A DNA stretch of 32,000 nt from Candidatus Midichloria mitochondrii IricVA (GTDB taxonomy: Bacteria; Pseudomonadota; Alphaproteobacteria; Rickettsiales; Midichloriaceae): the NCBI RefSeq assembly GCF_000219355.1, contig NC_015722.1, positions 210,001-242,000 of the forward strand, in the 5' to 3' direction. Position 1 is the first letter of the stretch. Each line of letters begins with the position of its first letter. The notes below the pieces were generated by a model. The model was not told the origin of the DNA. It did not search any database and was given only the letters and a program-made list of their open reading frames with translations. This document shows, one piece after another, positions 1 to 8,505 of the stretch. A program made the position numbers and the translations under genes.

Positions 1-1566
1 TAGCGCAGGTAAATTTTGTAATAAAGTCTCCTGTTTAAAATCAGGAAAAGGCATTAAATCTAACAGACTCCTTTTTACTCCATCAAAAGAAACTTTAACT
101 CCATATCTAATTGCCTGTTCAGGTGTAACTATGATTCCTCCTAACAGTTGCTTTAGCCCTTCAATACGCTCTTTTTGCTGATTATATTTTAGTAGTCTGT
201 CAGCGCCGATTAGCCCCATATTATTGGCTTTCTCCGTAAGCCTATCATCAGCATTATCTGGCCTTAACATTATACGAAATTCCGCCCTTGAAGTCATCAT
301 TCTATAAGGCTCGGATGTACCAAAGCCGGTTAAATCATTGATCATAACTCCGATATAAGACTCGGCTCGATTCAATACAAATCCTTTATGATTCTTAGAT
401 ATTACAGCATTCACGCCCGCAATAAGTCCCTGACCAGCTGCTTCTTCATAGCCGGTGGTGCCGTTAATCTGGCCGGCTAAAAATAATCCTTTAATTTTCC
501 TTGTTTCAAGAGTTTCTTTTAATTCCCGCGGATCTATGTAATCATATTCTATAGCATAACCAAATCTAGCTATTTTGACCTTCTCAAGACCTGGAATAGA
601 TTTAATCATTTGCTCTTGCACATCCTCGGGTAAAGATGTGGAAATGCCATTAGGATAGACTAAAGGATCGTCTAGCCCTTCTGGCTCAAGAAATACTTGA
701 TGCCGTTCTTTGCTTGCAAATCTTACTATTTTATCTTCTATGGAAGGACAGTATCTAGGCCCTATAGAACTAATCTGCCCAGAATACATCGCAGACTTGT
801 GAATATTATCTTTAATTATTTGATGAGTTTTTTCGTTAGTATAGGTGATATAGCAATCTATTTGTGGAACTCTTACCTGTTCTATCAAGGCCGAAAATGG
901 TACCGGAGGGTCATCGCCCCTTTGGTATTCTAAAGCGGAAAAATTAATTGAGTCTTTATAAATTCTTGCAGGTGTTCCCGTTTTCAAACGCTTTACGTTT
1001 AATCCTGTATTTTTAATAGCCTTAGATAGCTTAATTGATGCCTCATCACCGTATCTCCCTGCTGAAAAATTCTTATCTCCTATATGAATAACTCCCCCTA
1101 AAAAAGTGCCAGTGGTAAGGACTACAGCATTAGTATTAATTTGCGCACCTCTAACAATAACAGTTTGAATTTTATTATCTTTTACTAATAAATCTTCTAC
1201 TTCATTCTCCAAGATATGAAGATTATTATAAGAGTGCATTATTTCTTGCACGGCCTTTTTATATAAAGCTCTATCTGCCTGAGCTCTCGGACCCCAAACT
1301 GCCGGTCCTTTACTTTTATTAAGGATTTTATAATGAATCCCTGCTTGATCGATAGCAAGCCCCATAACTCCGCCCATAGCATCAATTTCCTTTACAATGA
1401 TGCCCTTAGCAGCTCCACCAATAGAAGGATTGCACGACATCTCGCCTATAGTCGATAGCTTTTGAGTAACTAGGCAAACGCTTGCACCCAATCTAGTTGC
1501 AGCAGCAGCAGCCTCACAACCAGCATGACCGCCTCCTACAACTACCACGTCGTAAAAGTTATTCAT
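1..1566 (-). CDS. mnmG: tRNA uridine-5-carboxymethylaminomethyl(34) synthesis enzyme MnmG (GidA); 3' end runs off the window
   Basis: Absent from the ORF track because it has no stop in the window. The reverse complement from ATG at 1566-1564 reads [27 protein letters not shown]... (FAD-binding GGGHAG motif). It stays open for 522 codons to base 1 (...LLQNLPAL). Confidence 0.95.
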   Translation of the reverse strand, partial: MNNFYDVVVVGGGHAGCEAAAAATRLGASVCLVTQKLSTIGEMSCNPSIGGAAKGIIVKEIDAMGGVMGLAIDQAGIHYKILNKSKGPAVWGPRAQADRALYKKAVQEIMHSYNNLHILENEVEDLLVKDNKIQTVIVRGAQINTNAVVLTTGTFLGGVIHIGDKNFSAGRYGDEASIKLSKAIKNTGLNVKRLKTGTPARIYKDSINFSALEYQRGDDPPVPFSALIEQVRVPQIDCYITYTNEKTHQIIKDNIHKSAMYSGQISSIGPRYCPSIEDKIVRFASKERHQVFLEPEGLDDPLVYPNGISTSLPEDVQEQMIKSIPGLEKVKIARFGYAIEYDYIDPRELKETLETRKIKGLFLAGQINGTTGYEEAAGQGLIAGVNAVISKNHKGFVLNRAESYIGVMINDLTGFGTSEPYRMMTSRAEFRIMLRPDNADDRLTEKANNMGLIGADRLLKYNQQKERIEGLKQLLGGIIVTPEQAIRYGVKVSFDGVKRSLLDLMPFPDFKQETLLQNLPAL

Positions 1567-1648
1567 ATAAAAATCAAGAATCAAAAATGTAGTAGCGAAT
1601 GATACTATAATTAGGTAAAATTATCAAAGCTTATAATATTTTAAAGAA

Positions 1649-2134
1649 ATGAAGTTTCAACAGATTGAAACCCCTATAGAAGATTCATTAAAAGGACTAA
1701 AAGCTAATCCAAATATAAAATTTCTCTGTTTAGATGTGGGTAAGAAAAAGATTGGTATTGCCACTGGTTGCTTTAATTTAGCTATCTCTATCCCATATAA
1801 GGTTATACGAAACCAGGGTAGAGAAAAGAATGTTAATGTTATAATGGATATATGCAAAAAAATTAGAGCAGAAAACATCGTAATCGGAATACCATTGCGG
1901 GATAGCGAATTGGAAACTTCAGCCCAATATATAATAAAATTTGCAGAACAGCTCTCTCTATCCAGAGCGAAAATATACTTTCAAGATGAGAGCTTTTCTT
2001 CATGTTCAGCCGCAGATTTACTTCAGAATACAGGTCTAAGTAGGAAAAAAAAGGATAGTATTGATGATGCAGTCGCCGCTTCTATTATTTTAACTAACTT
2101 TTTTCATAGAGTAAAAAATCTTATAAACACCTAA
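1649..2134 (+). CDS. ruvX: YqgF/RuvX-family putative pre-16S rRNA nuclease (Holliday junction resolvase-like)
   Basis: 161-aa ORF. Has the LCLDVGKKKIGIATG motif typical of the YqgF N-terminal catalytic region and a C-terminal DDAVAASIIL motif. Confidence 0.85.
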   Translation: MKFQQIETPIEDSLKGLKANPNIKFLCLDVGKKKIGIATGCFNLAISIPYKVIRNQGREKNVNVIMDICKKIRAENIVIGIPLRDSELETSAQYIIKFAEQLSLSRAKIYFQDESFSSCSAADLLQNTGLSRKKKDSIDDAVAASIILTNFFHRVKNLINT

Positions 2135-2337
2135 AGCGATGTGGATTTTCATTGGCCTCTAAAACCTCGCAGGCACAACATATCGGAACCTCCCACCAAG
2201 ATTTAAGCCTGCCAGCGGGCCATAAGCACCACCAACCCATCCTTGAAAAATAGAGGCAACTTACATTATTAGAAGCATACATTTTCAGCCTCTCCATGAT
2301 ACTTTCAGCACTTGTAGACCAAAAGGACCACCTCTAA

Positions 2338-2803
2338 TCAGAAAAGGAGCAACTTCCTGAAATTCCATTGTTCTAACTGGCTTTGTATCAACCAGCAATT
2401 CTTTTCTTGAAGTTGCAATAAGTCCGTCAAAAATCCTAGTGTGCCCTCCCCATCCGTTTCTTTTACTACTTTAATAGCATCCTTAATCACGTCAAGTAAA
2501 TAGTAACCGATTTTTTAGTAGTTCGGTAATAGCTAAGCTACTATTTTTACCTAAATTAATAGAATCTCTGATTTTAGTTAATTTTTGGAATTCTGCAAAG
2601 CTAGCAGGAGCGTCATAACCCACCGTCCTCCTAATCCTTTCTGCCTTTTTGATCTATAGACTCAGCTAAATCTTTGTATAGCAGATTCGGAAAATTTGCT
2701 CCACAATTAAGCTCCAGTGAAACTTTTGGGTATTGAGTTGTAAAGAATATGCTGTTGACAAAAGCACCGAAAGATTTTCATAAGAAATTTCTTGTTTTTT
2801 CAT
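2338..2803 (-). pseudogene. Dps/ferritin-like DNA-protection protein, broken by at least 3 frame disruptions
   Basis: ATG at 2803 is preceded by GGAGGAG. Frame 1 gives ...LSVLLSTAYSLQLNTQKFHWS. Other frames give AERIRRTVGYDAPASFAEFQKLTKIRD and DGEGTLGFLTDLLQLQEKNCWLIQSQLE. Together these follow the Dps consensus (LN..LA...LY.KT..FHW / IAERI..LG / D.gT.dLL...l...EK..WML). Confidence 0.55.
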
Positions 2804-2868
2804 GACTCTCCTCCACAAAAACTATTATGACATAATGAGGATAAAAAATATTCAAAGTCATCAATAAG

Positions 2869-3519
2869 TTACTTTTTAATAGCAACTGTTAATCCCGAAT
2901 CAGTAGGCAACATTATTGTTTGAAATAACTGACTATCTGCAACCTTTCTATTGAACTTTTGCATACTTTCCCACATTAAACTCCCCTGTTTATCCTGAGG
3001 CCGCTCCTTATACACGCTATCGAAAAGTAAGGTATTATCAGCAATCACCAGCCCCCCTGCCCTTAAGATATCCACAGATTCACTCAAGTACTCATAATAT
3101 TCTGATTTATTTCCATCAATAAAAATAATATCGGCTTGCTCTGAGCCCTTTCTTGTACGCAAAAAAGTAAGCGCATCTGTATTAAACAGCTCAATTTTCT
3201 CTCTTAAGTTATGCTTTATGGCATTTTCCTGAGCAATATTGAAGAATTGAATATTTTTTTCAACAGATAAGATCTTACCTCCTTTAGCAAGTCCCTCCAC
3301 CATATAGGCAGCAGAATATCCAACAAACGTTCCTATCTCTAGGATTAACTTAGCTTGTATGAATTGGGTAAAAAACTTTAAGATGGCCCCCTCAAAAGGG
3401 CTAACCTGAATATGAGCTTTATCTTTTGGCGCCGATTCTCTAATAGCCCTTAAGGGGCCGCTCTCATACCCATATAAATCATTTATATATTTAATTTTTT
3501 CTGATTCAGAATATCTCAT
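2869..3519 (-). CDS. class I SAM-dependent O-methyltransferase (caffeoyl-CoA OMT-like family 3)
   Basis: 216-aa ORF. Has the SAM-binding LEIGTFVGYSA motif and the downstream FIDGNK and VIADN motifs typical of family-3 O-methyltransferases. Confidence 0.85.
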   Translation of the reverse strand: MRYSESEKIKYINDLYGYESGPLRAIRESAPKDKAHIQVSPFEGAILKFFTQFIQAKLILEIGTFVGYSAAYMVEGLAKGGKILSVEKNIQFFNIAQENAIKHNLREKIELFNTDALTFLRTRKGSEQADIIFIDGNKSEYYEYLSESVDILRAGGLVIADNTLLFDSVYKERPQDKQGSLMWESMQKFNRKVADSQLFQTIMLPTDSGLTVAIKK

Positions 3520-3619
3520 ATCGAAGATTGCTACCTTTCAAAATATTCTTTTTCTCAAAATATCCATACCTATTGCAAAAATCATTTTTGTTATATATAC
3601 AGTTTCCATGTAATTCAAT

Positions 3620-3694
<75 letters not shown>

Positions 3695-3894
3695 ATTTTA
3701 AATTACCCTTCTAAAGTTTAAAGCGAAATATTTGTCCTCAAATTGCTCTTTTAACAGCTCGGTTCCCACTTCTAGCGATAAAAAAGTCTTATTTAGGACT
3801 TCGAGTTCTGCTCTTAAATTAATCTTTAACATTGAAATTTTCTTCTTGGTGGCAAAGAAATCTTTTAAATTTCCTTTAAGGACCTTCTGCCTTT

Positions 3895-3978
3895 CATTAT
3901 TGTCTCTGCGAGTTCTTAAACCTTCGGTATTAAAGTTCGACGTAAGGAGCAGGCCTGTAAGCCTGCTCCTTACGTCGA
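3895..3978. mobile_element. IS982-family relic: about 40 nt resembling the transposase N-terminal coding region, followed by a duplicated, inverted terminal repeat
   Basis: 3899-3925 (ttgtctctgcgagttcttaa...ggta) matches 27376-27402. 3926-3975 carries the IS end gttcgacgtaaggag.aggc in both orientations and finishes ...cgaactgaggtta, like the ends at 12373, 22761 and 27565. Confidence 0.5.
3926..3971. repeat. perfect 20-bp-stem foldback (6-nt loop) built from the IS982-type terminal repeat
   Basis: gttcgacgtaaggagcaggc (3926-3945), loop ctgtaa, gcctgctccttacgtcgaac (3952-3971). The arms are 20/20 complementary. Confidence 0.9.
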
Positions 3979-4531
3979 ACTGAGGTTAAAATAATCCAAA
4001 TATGTGATAAACCGCAGGAGTCAAAGAGTTAAAAAAAACCCGTGCTAAACACTGAAGTAATTAAAAATTGTAGTTTTTCTTTTGGCTTTACTCTAAAGGT
4101 CGCCCCAAAGTTAAAATTATGAAACCTTGTGATACTAGCTTCAGAACCATTAAATGAGTTATCGACAATTGGGCTAATACAAAATATACCAGGAGAAATT
4201 GAGAAACAAGCAGACAATATTTATTATCTTTTTTATAAAGATTAATTATTGAGCTGAAGCCTAGAGATGTGCTTTTTTGCCAAAACATTCTCTCCTACCG
4301 CTTCTTTTCGCTTGAAGAACAGTGCCGCACTTTTAAATCTGCTTTTTTTCCCTCTTGAAAAGCTATGCTCTCATCGTCCGGTAATAAAACTGCACGTTTA
4401 GAATCGTTCGGATTATCATAAATAAGTTCAAAGTATTCTTCTTTACTTGCCCCTGGAGGGTTTGGGCCAAGCAAACCCTTACACCTTCTTATAACAAAAG
4501 CAGGACCATAAAAAAAAGCAGAAATCTCTTT

Positions 4532-5236
4532 CTATAACTCAATTCTATTCAGTCTCTTTACGATTATCTCTAATTTAATCCTTGATATAATAGTAACACT
4601 AACTAAAATCAATACTCCGAAAAACATTATAATATTCGGGTACATCATCAATGGGTGGATGGACGGCCCCCCTGCCCTGAAAAATGTGCTTTTTTGATGG
4701 AGGGTTCCCCAAAAATCGACAGAAAATTTTATTATTGGAACATTGAGAAATCCTACTATAGCAGTTATTGCAGCTATTCTTGCACCTAATTCTTCATTAT
4801 AGAAAGTACTTCTCACCAAAATGTATGATAGGGTTATAAAAAAGAGTATTAATATCGAAGTCAATCTAGCATCCCAGACCCACCATGTGCCCCATGCTGG
4901 TTTTCCCCATATTGATCCTGTTAGCAGTGTTACCCCAATTGCTCCAAGTAGCACATATGCGCTAGATTTTGCTAGAATATCAAATAAGGCCGCTTCTTTT
5001 ATTAAAAAAATAATAGAAGAGATAGCTATTGCGCTATATAATAACATAGAAACCCAAGCAAATGGGACATGTGTATACATTATTTTCACTAAATTCCCTT
5101 GTAAATAATCTTCTGGGAAATATTTAAAAACCAAAAAAAGATTTGTAATTATCAAGATAGCAGCCAGAAAAAAAAGAAAACTTAATAAGAAGTTAGATTT
5201 TACAAAAAACTTTATAATATTATTCAGTAATTTCAT
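4532..5236 (-). CDS. ccmC: heme exporter protein CcmC (cytochrome c maturation)
   Basis: 234-aa polytopic membrane ORF carrying the CcmC tryptophan-rich WWD motif (WGKPAWGTWWVWDARLTS). Confidence 0.9.
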   Translation of the reverse strand: MKLLNNIIKFFVKSNFLLSFLFFLAAILIITNLFLVFKYFPEDYLQGNLVKIMYTHVPFAWVSMLLYSAIAISSIIFLIKEAALFDILAKSSAYVLLGAIGVTLLTGSIWGKPAWGTWWVWDARLTSILILFFITLSYILVRSTFYNEELGARIAAITAIVGFLNVPIIKFSVDFWGTLHQKSTFFRAGGPSIHPLMMYPNIIMFFGVLILVSVTIISRIKLEIIVKRLNRIEL

Positions 5237-5654
5237 GAATGTATGCCTCTTTCTCTTATTATAAATACCTTGTTCTTTTTTCTTTGGTTATCCGTAATTA
5301 TTTCTATATTTATTCGGTCATCTGTTATGCCATTTTTGGTAAAAATTTCCTTTATCTCTTCGGCCCTTCTTAAGGCCTCACTTTCTATTAAGTTTTTATC
5401 ATAATTTTCTTCACAATAAAAAAACTTTGTATAGTAACAAAAATCTTTTTATCGTCCACCATCCTTCTAGATAATTTTTCTATTTCAATTCTTTGAGCTA
5501 TGGACAGATACTGTTCTAATTCTTCATACTCAAAGTAAGTTTCTATTTCTCTATAGGTAGTTCCAGCTTCTAACTTCTGAATTGTTAAAAAAAATATTAA
5601 AAAAAAAGCAACACAGAGTCGCACTGCCCTTTTTACCAGAATAATTTTTAACAT
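5233..5654 (-). pseudogene. small exported OmpA/MotB-like C-terminal-domain protein, single frameshift in an A7 tract (or homopolymer sequencing error)
   Basis: ORF 5388..5654 has a signal-like N-terminus and YFEYEELE...KIFVTIQSFF. The adjacent frame continues FFYCEENYDKNLIESEALRRAEEIKEIFTKNGITDDRINIEII...NKVFII, which follows the OmpA-like pattern (F.F...l / N..LS..RA..V...L...GI...RI / NRRVEI). The frames meet in the A7 run at 5418-5424. The stop TGA at 5235-5233 overlaps the ccmC ATG (ATGA). Confidence 0.4.
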
Positions 5655-5937
5655 TAAATATGGTGAAAAAATTCATAGTTTTTAACTAAAAATGAAAAAA
5701 TCTTTTCTATACAAAAATATTTAAGAGTTACTGACGTAGTTTGTACTTGTTAGACAAAAACTTTTGATTATCTTAAACAATGTTAGAAATATCCCACAAA
5801 TTCAAAAAAATAAAGACTTTTAGTTGTATTTTATTTTGTTAAAAACATGTTTGTTTATTGTAAATAGCTAGTAATTAACATATAAACACCTTCATAAACA
5901 TCAAGAAAATATAAATTAATCTTATGTATTTTTATTT

Positions 5938-6978
5938 ATGAGTATCATCATTGAAACAATGAGAGGAACAAAAACGAAAGAAGTTCCTGTATGGATAATG
6001 AGACAAGCTGGACGTTATCTTCCAGAGTATAGAAAACTCCGTGCAACTCTTCCTTCATTTATGGAATTTTGTCTAAATCCTGAAGCTGTATCCGAAGCAA
6101 CTATTCAACCTTTAAAGAGATTCAATTTAGATGCGGCAATAATATTTTCAGATATACTAGTTTTGCCATATGCACTTGGAATAAATGTGGAGTTTCATGA
6201 TAAGGAAGGGCCTCAGCTAGAGCGAATTCAAGGGATAAAAGGCTTGAGAACAGATTCTCGCATTCTAGGAAAAGTTAATTCCGCATTGAAAATAACTCGA
6301 GAAAAAATGCAAAAAGAGTTTCCTAATAAAGCGTTAATGGGGTTTGCTGGAGCTCCTTGGACCGTTGCTTGTTATATGGTAGAAGGGAAGAGAAGCAGGG
6401 ATTTTACTAATGTTAGAAAGTTTTATTACTCTAATAAACAGGATTTTAAAGATATTATTTCGATACTTACTGAAGAAACCGCAAGACATTTGATCAACCA
6501 AGTTAAGTCAGGAGCCCAAATAATAAAGATTTTTGATTCTTGGGCAGGAACTTTAACTCCAGATTTATTTGAAAAATTTGTTATTGAGCCTACTAGAAAA
6601 ATAGTACAGGCGATCAAGTCGGAGGTTGGAGAAATTCCAATCATAGGCTTTGCAAAGGGTGCAGGTTTTATGACCTTTGAGTATGCAAAGATGACAGAAA
6701 TCAATTGCGTAGCTATAGATCAAACCATGAAAATGTCTTGGGTAAGAGAGAATTTAAGTCAAGATATAATTCCTCAGGGAAATTTAGACAATGCATTGTT
6801 GTTTTCTGGTAAAAGTGATATAGAAGAAGAGACTATGAAAATATTAGACACCTTTTCTGATCGTCCGTTTATTTTTAATTTGGGTCATGGAGTTTTGCCT
6901 GAGACCCCAGTTGAGAGTGTCGAGCATTTAGTAAGGGTTATAAAAAACTACAAAAAATGCAGCAAGATAAACAAGTAA
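5938..6978 (+). CDS. hemE: uroporphyrinogen decarboxylase
   Basis: 346-aa ORF with the N-terminal HemE signature PVWIMRQAGRYLPEY and the downstream IFSDILV motif. Confidence 0.95.
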   Translation: MSIIIETMRGTKTKEVPVWIMRQAGRYLPEYRKLRATLPSFMEFCLNPEAVSEATIQPLKRFNLDAAIIFSDILVLPYALGINVEFHDKEGPQLERIQGIKGLRTDSRILGKVNSALKITREKMQKEFPNKALMGFAGAPWTVACYMVEGKRSRDFTNVRKFYYSNKQDFKDIISILTEETARHLINQVKSGAQIIKIFDSWAGTLTPDLFEKFVIEPTRKIVQAIKSEVGEIPIIGFAKGAGFMTFEYAKMTEINCVAIDQTMKMSWVRENLSQDIIPQGNLDNALLFSGKSDIEEETMKILDTFSDRPFIFNLGHGVLPETPVESVEHLVRVIKNYKKCSKINK

Positions 6979-8399
6979 AACCTTTACCAAGTAATATTGA
7001 GGCAGAACAGTCTGTCTTGGGGGTGCTCCTAAACAATAACGGGCATTTGGAAAAGGTTATAGATTTTCTAAGGCCAGAACACTTTTTTATCCCAATGCAC
7101 GAAAAAATCTTTGAATTAATTATCAAATTTAACGAAAGAGGAAGCTTAGCCAGTCCAATCACTCTAAAAAACTATGTTGATACTAATGCATTTATGGGTG
7201 ATATTGAAATAGCAGGTTTTGAATACTTAGTTAAAATAACCGCCTCTGCTCAAGTGGTTTATGATATAGAGAATTTAGCGAGACACATACACGAATTAGC
7301 GCTAAGAAGACGGATTATATCAATAGCAGAAGAAGCTATACAGAACTCACATAAGGATGAGGTAGAGGTTTCTACTAATGATAGAATAGAAGATATAGAG
7401 CAAAAGCTTTTTAACCTAGCCGTAGTAGGAGAAAGGGAGGGTAAAGTTGTTCAGCTGAGGGCTCCGTTAAAAAGTACTATACAAAAGATTAAGGAAGCTA
7501 AAGATAGAGGTAGCACAGTTAGTGGAGTTTCCAGTAAGTTAGTGGAGCTAGATAAAATTACTAGCGGCTTTCAGAATTCAGATCTAGTTATTATTGCTGC
7601 TAGGCCCTCTATGGGAAAAACCTCCCTTGCTATAAATGTTGCAATAAATGCGACAGAGTTTTTTGAAGAAGAGAGGAAAAGGAGAGATCTCCTCAATACC
7701 TCCATGAAGTCGGTTGGCTTTGTTTCTTTAGAGATGTCAGCAGATCAAATAGCAGCTCGTATCCTCTCTATTAAAACTGGTGTTGACGGAAGCAAAATAA
7801 GAACGGGTTCAGTAAATAAAGAGGAATTTGAAAAGCTTGCTAGGGAGAGCGCTATTCTTTCAGATATGAATTTTTTCATAGATGACACGCCAGCCCTTTC
7901 CATCTCGGCAATAAGAACAAGAGCGAGAAGGATGAAAAGGCAGCAAAACTTGGGGCTTCTTATTATAGATTATCTACAATTGATTAGGTCTTCAGGTTTC
8001 TCAAGAGATATGAATCGCGTGCAGGAAATTGGCGAAATCTCTCAAGGGTTAAAGGCTATCGCTAAAGAATTGGATATTCCTGTGATTGCTCTATCTCAGT
8101 TATCAAGGGCAGTTGAAACTAGGGAAAACAAAAGACCATTACTTTCTGACTTAAGAGAGAGTGGAAATATAGAACAAGATGCTGACGTTGTGATGTTTAT
8201 TTATAGGGAACAGTACTATTTAGAAAGAGGGGCCCCAGCGGATTCTGGGAAGAACGCTGAATGGCAAGCACTCTATGATAAAGTAAAGAATACAGCAGAA
8301 GTGATTATTGCTAAACAGAGAAACGGTCCAATTGGCATATGTACATTGAGATTTGATACTGCAACAACAAACTTCTCCAGCCTTGATAGTTTACACTAA
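6957..8399 (+). CDS. dnaB: replicative DNA helicase DnaB
   Basis: 480-aa ORF. N-terminal LPSNIEAEQSVLG, Walker A AARPSMGKTSLA, and the IDYLQL and ALSQLSR motifs. Overlaps the hemE 3' end by 22 nt. Confidence 0.95.
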   Translation: MQQDKQVKPLPSNIEAEQSVLGVLLNNNGHLEKVIDFLRPEHFFIPMHEKIFELIIKFNERGSLASPITLKNYVDTNAFMGDIEIAGFEYLVKITASAQVVYDIENLARHIHELALRRRIISIAEEAIQNSHKDEVEVSTNDRIEDIEQKLFNLAVVGEREGKVVQLRAPLKSTIQKIKEAKDRGSTVSGVSSKLVELDKITSGFQNSDLVIIAARPSMGKTSLAINVAINATEFFEEERKRRDLLNTSMKSVGFVSLEMSADQIAARILSIKTGVDGSKIRTGSVNKEEFEKLARESAILSDMNFFIDDTPALSISAIRTRARRMKRQQNLGLLIIDYLQLIRSSGFSRDMNRVQEIGEISQGLKAIAKELDIPVIALSQLSRAVETRENKRPLLSDLRESGNIEQDADVVMFIYREQYYLERGAPADSGKNAEWQALYDKVKNTAEVIIAKQRNGPIGICTLRFDTATTNFSSLDSLH

Positions 8400-8505
8400 A
8401 GATCTTTTGTTAGAAAAATTAGTCGTTATTATAAATAAATATCTTGCAAATAACTACAATTTATTGCAAGAATCGCTCTGGGGTTTGCGAAGTTTATAGG
8501 GAAAT

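Noticed and set aside
697-933. Plus-strand 78-aa ORF. The same applies to 1657..1878, 4821..5108, 6426..6704, 6938..7162, 8519..8731, 8822..9016, 10737..10997, 11037..11288, 14177..14443, 18350..18550, 21107..21310, 21633..21818, 30232..30507 and 30675..30857.
   Set aside because: Each lies antisense to, or out of frame within, a strongly supported conserved gene (mnmG, ruvX, ccmC, hemE, dnaB, recA, ppdK, nfu, the ABC transporter, dedA, rpmA/rplU). Their compositions are low-complexity. I treat them as shadow ORFs.
3732-3983. 83-aa plus-strand ORF (TTG start) running through the foldback and ending LLLTSN*, like the out-of-frame end of the 27-kb transposase ORF.
   Set aside because: The shared ending only reflects the shared IS terminal repeat. 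The rest is low-complexity with no family resemblance. The minus strand also has an open but start-less frame (…LKGNLKDFFATKKKISMLKINLRAELEVLNKTFLSLEVGTELLKEQFEDKYFALNFRRVI*) that I cannot assign either.
4029-4288. Two overlapping minus-strand ORFs. One ends ...FNFGATFRVKPKEKLQFLITSVFSTGFF*, which is faintly reminiscent of a beta-barrel outer-membrane protein C-terminus ending in Phe.
   Set aside because: Only a terminal aromatic and alternating pattern support this, with no recognisable motif. There is no convincing start or signal peptide in frame. It is too weak to call, though it may be another relic.
6957-6978. 22-nt overlap between the hemE 3' end and the dnaB start, considered as a possible mis-called start or programmed event.
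   Set aside because: The dnaB N-terminus (…LPSNIEAEQSVLG) begins at the normal distance from the ATG at 6957. Short overlaps are common in compact genomes, so ordinary translational coupling is sufficient.
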